Assembly (NCBI RefSeq): GCF_004010195.1 | Contig: NC_057719.1 | Span: 60,866,809 to 60,930,808, forward strand | Reading direction: 5' to 3' | Origin: Chiloscyllium plagiosum | Lineage: Eukaryota | Length of the DNA stretch: 64,000 bases | Part shown: positions 36,725-49,399 of the stretch, piece by piece | How the letters are laid out: the number at the start of each line of letters is the position of its first letter | Position numbering within the stretch: position 1 is the stretch's first letter | Program-made: the position numbers and the translations under genes | Notes under the pieces: generated by a model | What the model saw: the letters and a program-made list of their open reading frames with translations, nothing else | Database searches by the model: none | What the model was told of the DNA's origin: nothing

Positions 36725-39700
36725 TTGTCAGAGACTTCTTTGATGCTAGACAGAGGGCAGGATGACCCACAGGTTCTGACAGTCTTGCTGGATGTTCTGA
36801 GGGGCCTAATATGTTTTGCTCCTGCCCTGTTTGTGAGGTTGCAGCTTTCATATGGTCCATGTGCTTGTTCAGGATCTCTTCACATACTTGAACTTTGTAT
36901 GTCACAGAACCTAACCTTGTATTGACCAGGCCTCTTACCATTGCAGGGCCAATTCCATGGTATTGACACCAACCCTAGTCCCCTGAAGTAAACTGCCTCT
37001 CTCACTTAGAGGAATCTTCTATCCGGCAGTGGTGTTCCTGATACTTTTTCACCTTCAAGGTCCAAGAAGATCAGATTTAACCTGATGCTGAATCTTCTCA
37101 CCATTAGCAACTCTGCTAGAACTGTCCCTGTAGTTGCATGAGAGGTGGTCCTGTAATCAAACAGGAACCAAGACAGTTTGGTATCAAATGAAGCTGTAGG
37201 CTGTTTCTTTAAGCCTGCTTTCAAAGTTTGGACTGCTCATTCCACCAGAACACTGGATAATAGATGGCATGGAGCTGTCTGAACATGCTGAAAGCCATTC
37301 GACTTGGGGAAATAAACAAATTTCCTGGTTGGTAAATGTTCCCTTTGTCTGGAACCAACATCGCTAGGAGTCTATGTAATGCAAAATATGCTTGCAGCTT
37401 TTCAGTTGTCTCTGTGTTTGCCAAACAACCTCTTTGCACATCCAACTACTTTGAATGGGCATCCACAATGTCTAAAAATATACAGCCTATAAAAGGACCG
37501 GCATAGTCAACATGTCATTGAGTCCAAGGTTTATCCAGGCATTCAAACGAATGTAGGGGAGCTGCTGGTGGTGATTTCTGTCCTTTTAGGCACTCTGGGT
37601 ACTGACCCACAAATGCAGCTATGTTGGCATCCAATCCTCGTCACCAGACATTACTTCTCTTCAACATCTTCATTTGGAAGTTCCTGGATGACCCCAGTGA
37701 AGTTGAGCCAATATCTGGCAGCAACCTTTGCTTGAGCCAATCACTCTTGTTTCCCATATTGACATGCTGTTCTCTATGGTGATCTCATCTCATTAAGTCC
37801 AGAAAGGTTTCAATTCCAGTTGTGATAGCTCTTTTGCTTCCGCCATCATCCACGGTATTTTACTTTTGCAGGATGGGATCTTTTTGTGTCCACAGTCTGA
37901 TGTTGTCAGCAGTGACCAGAAGTGTGTTCAGAAAGTTTAAAACCAGAACGGACTGTTGCAGTGGCGGCACAACCGGTGGCGTATCCATCAGTGGGTGGTG
38001 TCTCAGGGCATCTGCATTTCCCACCTGTCCTCCCAGATGTTGTTACAACTTGTTACTGTATGCGCTCAAATAAAGAGCGGAATGCTGAATTCAGCCCGAA
38101 GCTATAGGCAACACAGGCTTGTCCTCTTTAATTTGCCACTGACGGGTTTGTGGTCTGTTACTATTACAACTTTATGTCCATAATGCATTGGTTGAACTTT
38201 GTCACACCAAAAATGACTGCTAAATCTTCCTTCTCCATATGGGCATTCCTTCATTCAGCACCAGCCAAGGTCTGGGACGTGTCTCCATTGGGCCATCTGT
38301 GAGCCAATACTACCCTGATACTGCCTGGGAAGCATCGCATGTCAGCACCACATCTCGCTTGGGATCATAGTGTGACAATACCTTAGATGGTGATAGCTGC
38401 TTCTTAACTTCCCTAAAGACCACATCTTGGCTACAAGACCATTTTCAAGCCTGACCTTTTTTCAGTAGGAACTGTACGGGTGCCAGGATGTAGACCAGGT
38501 TACGTTTGAATTTTCTGTAATAATTTGCCAACCCGAGGAAAGACCTAAGCTCTCGTACAGACGTCAGAGCTGGGGCACCTTTGATCACCTTCATTTTATC
38601 TTCCAACAGGTGTAACCCAGTTTTGTCAACTCTGTAACCCAAGTTGGTCACTTGGGGTGCCTGGAACACACATTTTCCCCTCCTAAGTGAAACCCCTGCC
38701 TTAGAGAAAGGTTTAAGCACCATGTCCAGGTTCTCTAAATGCTCTTTACTGGTCTTCCAGTTATTAGCACGTCATTCAGATAAATAGCTACCTGAGATAG
38801 ACCTTGTAAAATGTTCTCCATCATCCACTGCAAAATGGCACAGGCTGATGATACCCCAAAAGGCAATCTCCTATGTTGTACAAACCCTAATGAGTAGTAA
38901 TTGTAGCACACTTCTGGGAATCCTCATCTAATCACAGTTGCAGGTACACATGGCTCATGTGCAGTTTCATGAAGGACAGATGCCCCCGCCAACCCCCACT
39001 GCTAGTTTTAGTTTTGCATACAAGTCCTCTATGTGAGGGATTGGGTATTTATCCAGATGTGAAAAATGGTTCGCCTTTTGTTTGAAATCTCCGCAAAGGT
39101 AAACTGACCCATCATTCTTCACAATTGGTATGACCAGTGCAGCCTATTCCACAAACTGTACCGGTTTGATGATTCTTTTATTTTCCAGCCTCCAGATTTC
39201 TGCCTCCATTTTAACACACAAGGCAAATGGCACTGGGTGGACTTTGCAGAATTGTGCAATTTCTTCTAGGTCAACATGTCAGGTGGCCTTGGCCCATTTG
39301 ATAGTCCCTAGACCTCTGGGTGAAATCTCTGGTATTTACTCTGACTTCACTCAGGCAGCCATTTTCCAGTTAAAAAATGTTGAACCAATCAAGTTGAATC
39401 TTTCTCAACCAATTTTGCCCCATTAAGCTTGGGCCCAAGACTTTCACTCCAATCAGTAGTAACTGAACCAGCTGCTTCTCATATGACACCGGAACCAATG
39501 TTACACTCTTAATCAGTAAAGGTTCCCCAATATAGGTTCTCAGCTGGACGAGGTTTTATGCAGCCGAAGGGTTGGAGTCAGAGTGAAGTTCAATAAAGAC
39601 TGGTTCTGCAATCACTGATGCAGCTGCGCTGATATCAACTTCCATTAGAGCTGGGTGACCATTTAACCAGATATTTATTTTGATGGTTCTGATATGGGTG

Positions 39701-40887
39701 TTGTTAAGCAATTTAACTGTTACTAACCAGGCATCAGTGAATTTTACAGGGTGTGCATTCTCATGGATATCAGCCTATGAATTCTCTTACACAATTTAGG
39801 CTCAGTGGGACTCTTTTGTTGTCTCGAGTCAGCATATCGGCAGCAACTACAATGGTCTGCTGGTCTGGATCCTGGAGAAAGTTTTAACCGTTTGGCTGAG
39901 GCTTGGCTTTGTTTTGCAGTTTTGCTGTAGGCTGACCTAGAGTCCCTCTGTTCATCACATATCCTGAATGCAGCTGTGTAACTGCCTTCAGTCAAGTGGT
40001 GTTCCTGAAACTCAATCGGACTGACAAGAGTGTCCACTTCCATGGGCATACTTGTAACTTATGAGCTCCATTTGCCGCAATTTCTAATGACAAAGCCACT
40101 TATAATGCCTGCTTGAAGTTCAGTTGGGCTTCAGCTAGCAGACACTTTTGCATGGTCACATCATTAATCCCATATACCAACTGGTCTCTTAGCATCTCAC
40201 TTTGGTTAAAGCAAAATCACACACCTCTGCCAGTCATTGTAATCTCACCAAAAATCCCGATACAGATTCTCTTGGTTCTCAAGCTATCCAGTAATTCCGA
40301 TAGCATCTCATAATTAGAGGATGCTAGAGTTTGCCATATTCCTTAGCTAAAGCTGTCAATTCTTGAAAGATTTTAGTATCTGCTGCCTTTGGGAAAGTTA
40401 AGCTTGTAATAACCAAAAAAGTTGCACGTGCACACACTATCAGGAGAATTACTCGTTTTTCCTCTGTCCCAATGTCATTTGCCTGGACAAAGTAATACAT
40501 TTTTTCCACATGCTGGGCCCAATCTTCAATGGCAGGATCAAACAAGTCAAGTTTTCTAAGTAGTGGCATCATGCCAGAAAAGCTTCCCCCAATTCAAAGA
40601 CAACTGTTGCAAATGAATCTCTTAAGGGGCGTATTTTCCTCTTGTCACCACTGAAATAACTCCATAAAGGCCAGTTTCCCATCACCAAGTCGCCCTTTAT
40701 TTTTGCATGCCTAGTACAAGACACTGAACCAGTTTGCACAGAGCTGGCTCCTAGAGAAGCAGGAACCCCTGACAGTCTTGTGTATATTTGTCGGCCAGGA
40801 CTCCCTGATTGGACCAGGTTAACAGCTCTAGTCAGGGAACACATTTTCAAGGAGATCCACCTGACTGACATTGTTCCAATCACTACA
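36725..40887 (-). mobile_element. Gypsy LTR retrotransposon (5' LTR, PBS, gag, protease, RT, RNase H, integrase), degenerate, 3' LTR missing
   Basis: gag MPLLRKLDLFDPAIEDWAQHVE; RT KCVFQAPQVTNLGY..ELRSFLGLANYY; IN LSWFLFDYRTTSHATTGT.LAELLM. Confidence 0.92.
40652..40887 (-). mobile_element. Gypsy 5' LTR (TGTAGTG...TATTTCA) followed by degenerate PBS TGGTGACAAG
   Basis: TG...CA ends, CCAAT, TATA-like box, AATAAA; PBS resembles TGGCGACGAG (complement of the tRNA-Ser GCU 3' end). Confidence 0.85.
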
Positions 40888-41509
40888 TAAACCAAGAACA
40901 AATCTAATGAATCATTTCTGGACTGCCTCCAATGCCATTTAGAAGACTGCTGGAGAACAGCCACCTGTTCAGTCCCAAGCATGAGATGACCGTGTGATAT
41001 CAGCAAACAGGGACTACATCCGAACATGTAGAGAGGAGCAGAAGCAATAGATGGGCATGCGTAGACACCCTCAATCCTCAGATGCTGAATCAGTTTGAAA
41101 GCTGCCATGGAGAACCTGGCTTAGCACTCTCAAAGGCTTCTGGAAAAACACACACACTTGTAATCCTTTATTCCATTTATTGGTCCTCAATACCAAGGTC
41201 ATGGCAACAAGGGGATGGCAAAGCTTACCCCCATTCCAAGTACCCCATCCTCACAAGGAGACAGGATTGTACCAGAAGGCACTCAGCCAAAAGTAGAACC
41301 AAATACAAACCCATTTATACTTTTCACTCAGGGTACTGTAGGGTTAGATGGGATCTTCACTTCCATTCTGCCTGGCCTCCTCGTGCCCTTGAAAATTCAT
41401 GCCAAGGAGGGTTAACTTTCAGACCCTCACCATCTTTGGCTCATCCAGGCATAACTTCTCCATCAAACCTGCAGGACCAATAGATTTCAGATGTAAGGAG
41501 ACTCCCTTT

Positions 41510-41900
41510 ATGTGACTTGTGTAGTTGGGTGGACAGAAGAAAATATATTGAGGGGACTTTGGTGGCACAAGTGAAAAAGGCATGTACTTCACTATCAATT
41601 TCTGCATAAATGTTCCTGATTTTAATTTCCATGTGCTTGTCAGTATTTCTATGCTACGTACGTCTTAACACTGTCTGGTAGTACTTCATGGCCACAGATT
41701 AGGCTTTATGGATGGAGCCTACTGCCAAGGATAGAGCCATCTGGAAGCAAGGAGAACAATATGTACACAAGGCATTGGGTTCTAGTGACAGCTTTATCCC
41801 TCCTTATTCAATATTCATTATGTTTGACTTCATCTGTGCTCAAAGCTGCAGCAGTCAAAGAGTGGACAAGCAGTGGTTGTGCCAGAGAGGATCACCATAC
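41510..41900 (+). mobile_element. RTE-clade LINE 3' remnant
   Basis: GGQKKIY, WMEPTAKDRAIWK and FICAQSCSS resemble RTE C-terminal GGQxKRY, WExLAxDRxxW and CxxC motifs. Confidence 0.5.
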
Positions 41901-42059
41901 AGAGAAGGTCAATGCTTGGATGGCCATTTTCACCAAAGTCCTTAGCCTTTAAAAGCCTTATGATTGGCATTTGCTACAGACCTCTCCCTCACAGGTCAAG
42001 TCACTTACGTAGCCCATGTGTAGTTAAAGCCATTTTCTTCTCCATTGCATACTTTCAAT

Positions 42060-42813
42060 TTCCAGCATGATGAAAGGTGACAGCGAGCACTCCACCATGA
42101 CTGGGTTCCAGCCTCAGCCTGAACATGTCACTGAACCCCCAAATTTTCACATTTCTCCAGTTCCTAGTTCTGAAGACTAATTGCCAAGACTCAGTTCCCC
42201 AGCTAAGCCTGTAAAAAGGAAGCATTAAAAAGTCTTTCTGTCTTTCTCTCCCTGTCTCTCTCTCATGTGGAGGTACCAGCAAGTTTCCAGTAACAACTAG
42301 CTGTTTTCCACTCACTTTTCTCTGCAAAACCCCTGTTGAAGGATGAATAAAGTATCTTCAAAAGACAGTAAAAGGACAAATTCTCAACCGGGGATGAAAG
42401 AGAGAATCTATGCAAAACAACCCTTTGTCAATAGCAAAGAACGAGAAATATTTGGAATAAACTGAAAGAAACAACTCAACAAATCACATGGTCCTGACTC
42501 ATGCTATTGAACAATGTTTCCCTGTTTTTCCCCCTATTAATCGCTGTAATATCTAAGTCTTATCTGTCTTTGTGTGTCTGTCTGTATGTAGGGGAAGGAG
42601 GGAATTTAAAAGGGGTAGAGTTTCCTTATTGCCACTGGTTTCAAACAATTTGTTGTTTTCTTGCTAATTACAGAAAGGTAGTGAGTGTTTTCTTTTAATC
42701 GGAGTCTGTCAGGCAGGTAAATTGGGACATTTTGATAGTTTGACTAAGTCTTTTTACATTTCTTACAATAGTGGGGGTAGATTTTCAGTGTACTACCCGA
42801 GTGAGTTATGACA
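42060..42813 (+). mobile_element. Probable solo LTR
   Basis: Non-coding, ends GAGTTATGACA; recognised by pattern only. Confidence 0.35.
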
Positions 42814-42899
42814 ACATGATAGCTTTTACTCCTTAAAATGATTTTCACACTGAGGTGAAACTGCAGATTCAAAAATAAACAAACAAAAACAGCAAAAGA

Positions 42900-43335
42900 A
42901 AAAACTAAATGCTGGAAATTTAAAACAAGAACAGAAATTGCTGGAGAAACTTAGAAGTCTGGCAGCATCTGGAGAAGGAAAGCAGAATTAAATTCTTCAA
43001 TAAAAGCAAATTACTGCAGATGCTGGAATCTGAAACTAAAAGAGAAAATGCTGGAAAATCTCAGCAGGTCTGGCAGCATCTGTAAGGAGAGAAAAGAGCT
43101 GATGTTTCAAATCTAACTGACCCTTTGTCAGCTTTGACAAAGGGTCAGTTAGACTCGAAACATCAGCTCTCTTCTCTCCTTACAGATGCTGCCAGACCTG
43201 CTGAGATTTTCCAGCATTTTCTCTTTGGGTTAAATTCTTCGAAATCAGTTCTGAAGAAGGGACACTTGTCTGAAATGTTGACTCTGCTTTCTCTCCAAAG
43301 AACTCCCATACCTGCTGAATTTCTTCAGAAGCTCT
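42900..43335. mobile_element. Nested PLE-derived elements: young palindrome (42999-43229) inside an older copy
   Basis: About 190-bp near-perfect hairpin at 43038-43226; TSD TTAAATTCTTC at 42988-42998 and 43230-43240; HHR-like CTGAAGAAGGGACACTTGTCTGAAA at 43251. Confidence 0.85.
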
Positions 43336-43899
43336 CATTAAAGATTTAAAATCAGGCAAAACATAGAGCTTCATTTAAATCGCAGGAACTTGATCTCTTT
43401 AATCTGACCACAAGTTCCTATCTGCACTCTGCATGGTGGACAATAGAAGATACCGCCATCTCCCTGCTTTCTGCCTCAGTTTCTTACAGACAGACACCAC
43501 CTGTGATGTTCAGTGATACATTTAGAAAAACCTGCAACCAAATCCTACATTTTTTTAGACTCTTTAGGACATCTCCAATGGCAAGGTGAATCACATGCGT
43601 AAATGCCTAGAAATGGCAATTAAATACTCTTCAGATCCCCAAGTTTTTTTCTATTTCAGGTTTAAATGGAAAGTTAAAGCATAACCATTTTGAAAACCTG
43701 ACACTTTCAATAGTTCCAACAGTGGAAGCTAATGGTCTATTCACCATCAGCACAGTTGCTCAGGTCATTGTTTACCAATGCAAATATCATGCATCCTCTT
43801 CCCACTGAAATAACCTTTTAACTTTAAACAACAAAGCCATCCAAGATTACTGTTGGGCAGAATTCAGAACAGCTCACAGTCCCAAAATCTTATCTGTCC

Positions 43900-44565
43900 G
43901 AGATGGTGGAATTGGCATGGTAGGGAGTGCTAGAGCTCCTGAACCTCTCTGCTCCAGGTCGGCCATATCCTTCCCTCTGCCTGTCTCTTTCTCACTCTCT
44001 CCTTTTCCTTGTTTTTTTTTGGGAAGCTGGAGCGGTGGTCAGAGGATCATTGGCAGCAGCGGTGGTGGGATTTAGGACTCCTGGCTTCAGTAGGCCAGGA
44101 ACCTGGATTTGGAAGTTGGCGCCTGGAGTGGGGCTGTGATAGACCCACAGTGGGAACTTATCGATTCTGGAGACCAGGTAGGCATGGATTGGAGCAGAGG
44201 CCTAGCATGGACTAGAATCGAGGCCTGGTATGGACCAGAAGTGAAGCCCAAAATGGACTGGAAAAGAGGCTCAGCATGGACTGGGGAAAATGTGCTGATG
44301 CAGAGTAGAGGCGAGGCCTGGCACGATCTACAGGCGAGGCTGGCGCGGTCTGGAGGCGAAGCCTAGTGTGGTCTGGTGGCAAAGTCTAGACTGCTTGAAG
44401 AACTGTAATGCTGAACTTTTCATTTTTTTATTTTCTAATTTTCTTCTGAAGATCTTATATGTAGGTACATTTGTACCTAAGATAGTGCTGTAAGTGGCGA
44501 CTTTGTAAACTTTTCACTGCACTCAATGTGAATGCATGTGACAATAAATTTGTTCTAATTCTAAT
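43900..44565 (+). mobile_element. Non-autonomous element with Rex1/Babar-like 3' tail and internal ~27-bp degenerate repeats
   Basis: 3' TTTTCACTG...ATGTGACAATAAA followed by (TTCTAA)n; repeats GAGGCCTAGCATGGACT at 44200-44390. Confidence 0.5.
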
Positions 44566-45060
44566 GTCACATTTGAAACAGGAATCAGAATAAGAGTTTG
44601 TAATATTATTTATCACAGTATTTATTTTCACACAATTACCAAATAGGCATGGTAATGGAGAGTTACTAGTAACTGCAGGACCTTAGTAGTTTTAGGATTA
44701 ATTTGGAAAAGACACCACAGTATCACAGATTTACTGCTTCCAGAATATCCAACACCTAAGATTATGGTAGCTGTTAAAATATCTTATAGTGGTTTAAATT
44801 GTTGATATCCAGCTGGCTTTGTATTGATATTTTAACAAGGGATTAAAGCAAAGATGTAAGGAAGTGAATCATATTTCTGCAAGCATAAACAAAGAAAGCA
44901 CAAAGCCAGTAAGCGCTTAGTTCTCTTTTAGCTGCAACTCCCAAGTCAGGATGTGGCTCTTACCTATATGAGGTGACATCATGCTTAATATGGGAAACTG
45001 CTACTGCATGTAATGTTTGCCAACTCTTATCACACAGTATTTGATAACATAGACTTGCAC

Positions 45061-45237
45061 AAAGTTAAAAATCACACAACACCAGTTTATAGTCCAACAG
45101 GTTTAATTGGAAGCACGAGCTTTCGGAGCGCTGCTCCTTCACCAGGTAGTTGTTGCACTATAACCTGTTGGACTATAACCTGATGTTGTGTGATTTTTAA
45201 CTTTGCACACCCCAGTCCAACACCGGCATCTCCGAAT
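45061..45237. mobile_element. PLE-derived palindromic element (same family as 35050) with TSD
   Basis: AAGTTAAAAATCACACAAC...GTTGTGTGATTTTTAACTTT; TSD CATAGACTTGCAC at 45048-45060 and 45238-45250. Confidence 0.85.
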
Positions 45238-48200
45238 CATAGACTTGCACATTCGTTAGTGATACATACTGTGTCTCCTGTCTAAATGAAAGAATGGGCC
45301 ACCAGCATTCCATAGACAGTTAAAAGCAGACAGAATCATGGAATTAGTCATGACTAAGAGAAAAGAAAAGAAGAGGTGTATGTGCAGCCTAAGGCAGCAA
45401 AATCGTAGAAAAGTGGTGATTCCCCTTTGGAGGTTAACATTTTCAGGATGGTTGAAAGTCCATAGCTGAATAAGCAACTAAGGCAGTTGGAGTTGATCAC
45501 TCAAAGTGTAGAAGCATAGTTTGATTACTAGCTTGTCATTTAATGCAATCTGAAATCAGTTATATTATAATAGTTCATAAATATTCAAACTTATTGCTTC
45601 ATAAACTACTTAAGCATGAATCAGTCATAAGCTATTTCTGAAGGAATAACGACCATCTTTGTGACAGTAACCATGACAGTTTTAACTAATATTTGCGATT
45701 TTGATACGAGGCCCAAGTTACTCGTTTAAGTTGTTCCACTTAATAGATTTACAGAATACACATGGAACAACAAATTGGTTTTGCTAATTGTTCATTAAAG
45801 ATATGCAAAATATTGATGTTAGGTAGATGATGGGTCCACGTAAGAATCTTTCAAAATTAAAATTCATAAGATCATAGCATTCAAAGCTAGGTGTGATTTC
45901 ACCTTGTATATTGGATTTTATTGATAAATATTTTAATATTTTTCCACTTAATATAGCTACTACTTTTGTGTTTCTATACTCTAGCCTTTGGTTCATGTTT
46001 TGATACTACTAACTATGTTTTCATATTATTGGCTAAAGCTTCATTATAAAATTGAGAATTTCACAAGTAAAGCAAGGGCAGCTCAAGGCTGACAAATCAG
46101 ACTTCACCAAACTTGAATCCTAAGTTAACATTGTTTTCTTAAAAGGTTGTATCATTGATATTAATTCAATGGCACAGGAGCAATGTTTGAAGAGGTGATT
46201 GTTAAATATTGTTGTAGCAACATATAACTGTGACCTGCTCCTGGGGAATTTTTTCTGAGCTGACAGGAAGAGTCCACTGTCTACATATCAATGTCAGTGG
46301 AAATTTTCATCACTTCAGTCCTGTATTTATTGCTGTTGCCATCTTCTGTTCCAGAAGCAGCATCTAAAATATTTGTTGTTAAGTAATGCACCAAGAAAGT
46401 TCAAAACACCATGGACAGGCGTTTTGGTTTGTACATCAGGATTCTTGATGTTGAGTCAAACTGCCAGGGGTCATGACACCACACTGTTGGGAAATCATCA
46501 TCAGCAATGATTTTCAAGAAATTGTACGATTAAGGATGGTAGGAGTAATCTCAAAGTTCATGAGCTATTAGGAGATCCTCCAAGCGGAATAAGATAAAAC
46601 TTGTTTTTCAGGTAAAAGAGCAAAATGGTGTCTCGATTCTGAAGTGCTTTCTTGACCAGTATGGTCTGCATTCACAGTTATGACCATGCAAATAGAGAGA
46701 CATCAGATTGTGCCTGGAGTGGCTGCCTGTGTGTTGGCCTCTCAATCTGCTATCAGGAGCTGCCTCCAGGCAGGTGGACAAGTCCCTGACACATTGCAGG
46801 AGCTCATAGGCAATTTTGAAATTCCATTGGAGTCTGGAAATAGACATTAAGTGATCATTTAATCCTCTTAACTAGTTGACTGCTGCTTGTGGGCAGATAG
46901 CCTTGACAAAACCCCAAAGCATCCTCTACGAAAATGGCCCAAGTGAAGACTTTTTATTTTTTAAAAATGGCATGCTGGCTATCATGAAATTTGATACTTG
47001 CCCCTTACCTCTATAGAGGGGTGCAAATCCTACCTAATATTCCCAAAAGCAGTCATCTGCGTTAGCTGACAACTGAAGCAGCAGTGAAGAAAATATACTT
47101 TACAACATGCAGTGTTATTGTTTGCAAACATGTTATAAATTGAATCTGTACTTTTAATTCTGGAATGTATGACAGTCTCACTGCTCGTAACCAGCAGAAT
47201 TGATGATGCACGTTAATATCAGATTCCTTAGCTGTTCACTGGTACTTAATTTTCTGGTAATCCAGTATGCTATTCCTTTCAAGGGAAACAACACATTGGT
47301 ATAAAGTTAATCTGCTTTACCATGAAGTATCATTGCACTGTTCAACCCCTTTAACTGAGATAGAAGATCAATTCAGCAAGCTAACATTGAACCACAGTGG
47401 TGTTAGAACATATTTTCAATATCAAAATTCAGTCATTTATCAGATTATGAAGGGGCTTAGTAGGGTATATGTTGAGACCCCGATAAGATCTGTATAATTG
47501 TGATAATTTGATTGTTTTGTAAATTCCTGCTCTTTAAAGGTTAAATAAAACAGGCAACAGCAATCACTGAGAAGTGCAACATCCCTTTGCGGGACTGCTT
47601 TCATTGATAAGCCATTTGTTTCAGGTTAGAAAATACATCCAGTTTCAGTCGAGTTCTTTGATGACATTCTTTGCAAGTTCTTTGTGTCATTGTGAATGTT
47701 TTTGGCTGAGTTTCAAAAGTTTAAGTTGTCTCAGTAGGGGGTGGGTGTTCTGAACTCAGTTTAATTGACAGCTTAAACAGACTACCAAAAGAATATCTTT
47801 CTCTGATGTTTGATGTGAATGCAAATTTGTTTTTTTTAACGAGAACAATCCCTTGAGGCTTAAAAATTTTGAATGGTTTACATGAAAACAGAATAGAAAT
47901 TTGGCTCAGAATAGTAATGTGAAAAAGTAGATGTGCTCAAGGGAAGAAATGGGAAAAGTATGAGAAAACAAAGCAAATTGAAAAGACGTCAGTGGAACAG
48001 TTGATGATCTTTATAAAGTAAAAGTGTTTGTTCATAAAACATGAAATTATGCAAGAGAAATAGCAAAGTGAATAAGATATATAAAGATTGACTTCAGGAG
48101 AGTGCAAAAATGGAGGACAGGATTGAGCAGCACTGACCAAGCAGGTGGCCTTTCTTTTGGAAACTGAAACATCCACAAGAACCTCACGTATCATGTCTCA

Positions 48201-48239
48201 GGCATAAAAGGAATTTGTAGAGGTAGCAAATTGCAGAGT

Positions 48240-48715
48240 TAAGACCATAAATTGGAGAAGAAGAAGTAGGCCATTCAGCCCAAAAGATCTGCTACACCGT
48301 TCAGTTAAATCATGGCTGATTTGATGATCCTCAACGCCACTTTCCTGCCTAGTCCCAAAAACCTTGATTCTTTTACAGAATGAAAAACCGCCTCTCTTCA
48401 CCTTGAATATGCTCAACAACACAGCCTCAACAGCTATTCACAGTAATGAATTCCATGAATTGACCACCCTCTGAGAGAAGAAATTCCTCCATGTTTCTCT
48501 TAATTGGGAAACCCCTACTCTGAGATTGCATACTCTAGTCCTAGACTCTTCTACAAAGGGAAAAGATGTGGTCTGACTCATGCCTTGTACAATTTAGAAA
48601 ACCTTCCCTATTTTTACACTTCATCCTCTTTGAAATAAAGGCCAACATTTTATTTGTCTTCCCTATTACCTGCTTAACTATATGCTAGCCTTTTGTGACT
48701 TTTGCACAAAGACCT
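48240..48715 (-). mobile_element. CR1 3' fragment
   Basis: Reverse strand NFFSQRVVNSWNSL and CR1 3'UTR; resumes at 49055-49200 after the SINE. Confidence 0.8.
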
Positions 48716-48718
48716 CAA

Positions 48719-49053
48719 AGCATGGTGGCACTGTGGTTAGCACTGCTGCCTCACAGCGCTAGGAACTCAGGTTCGATTCCACCCTTAGATGACAGTCTAA
48801 TGTTTACACAATCTCCCTGCGTCTGGAAGGGTTTACTCTGGATGTTCCAGTTTCCTCTCACATTTCAAAGATACACAGGTTTGGTGGATCAGCCATGTTA
48901 AATTACCCATAGTGTCCAGGAATGTGCAGACTAGGTGGATTAGGAACAAGAATGCAGGGTTATAGGTTAGGTCTGAGCGGGATGCTCTTCAGAGAGGCAG
49001 TTTGGACTAGATAAGCCAAATGGCCTGCTTCCATCCTGTAGGAATTCTATGAT
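48719..49053 (+). mobile_element. HE1-type tRNA SINE
   Basis: Box A TGGCACTGTGG, box B GGTTCGATTCC, GCACTGCTGCCTCACAGC head, ATTCTATGA tail. Confidence 0.88.
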
Positions 49054-49399
49054 ATTTGGCTCTTCTATTCTTCCTGTCAACGTCCATGAATTCACACCAT
49101 CTGGCAATTTTTTACCTATTCACTTTAGAGAGTTGTCGAGCCATAAAGATCATTTGACCATATACTTCTGTGTACTTTTAGAGTCATCCTAACTACTTGC
49201 GTCCCTGAGGCAATCTGAGAGAGAACTCTGCCGAAATATTAGGTACAATAGACAGTATATGATTGAGATTTTTACAACTATAGTGAATAAGAGCCTGTGT
49301 AAATTTTCAATTATTCAGAGATTGTTTATTCATGTCATATGGGATGCATTTAAGATGCTTGACGGTTTTTCATTTTTGTACCCATGCAGAAGTGTTAAT

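Noticed and set aside
40569-41108. 179-aa ORF upstream of gag
   Set aside because: It runs across the LTR and flank; a chance ORF
48719-48790. tRNA gene
   Set aside because: It is the tRNA-derived head of a SINE and continues into the SINE body
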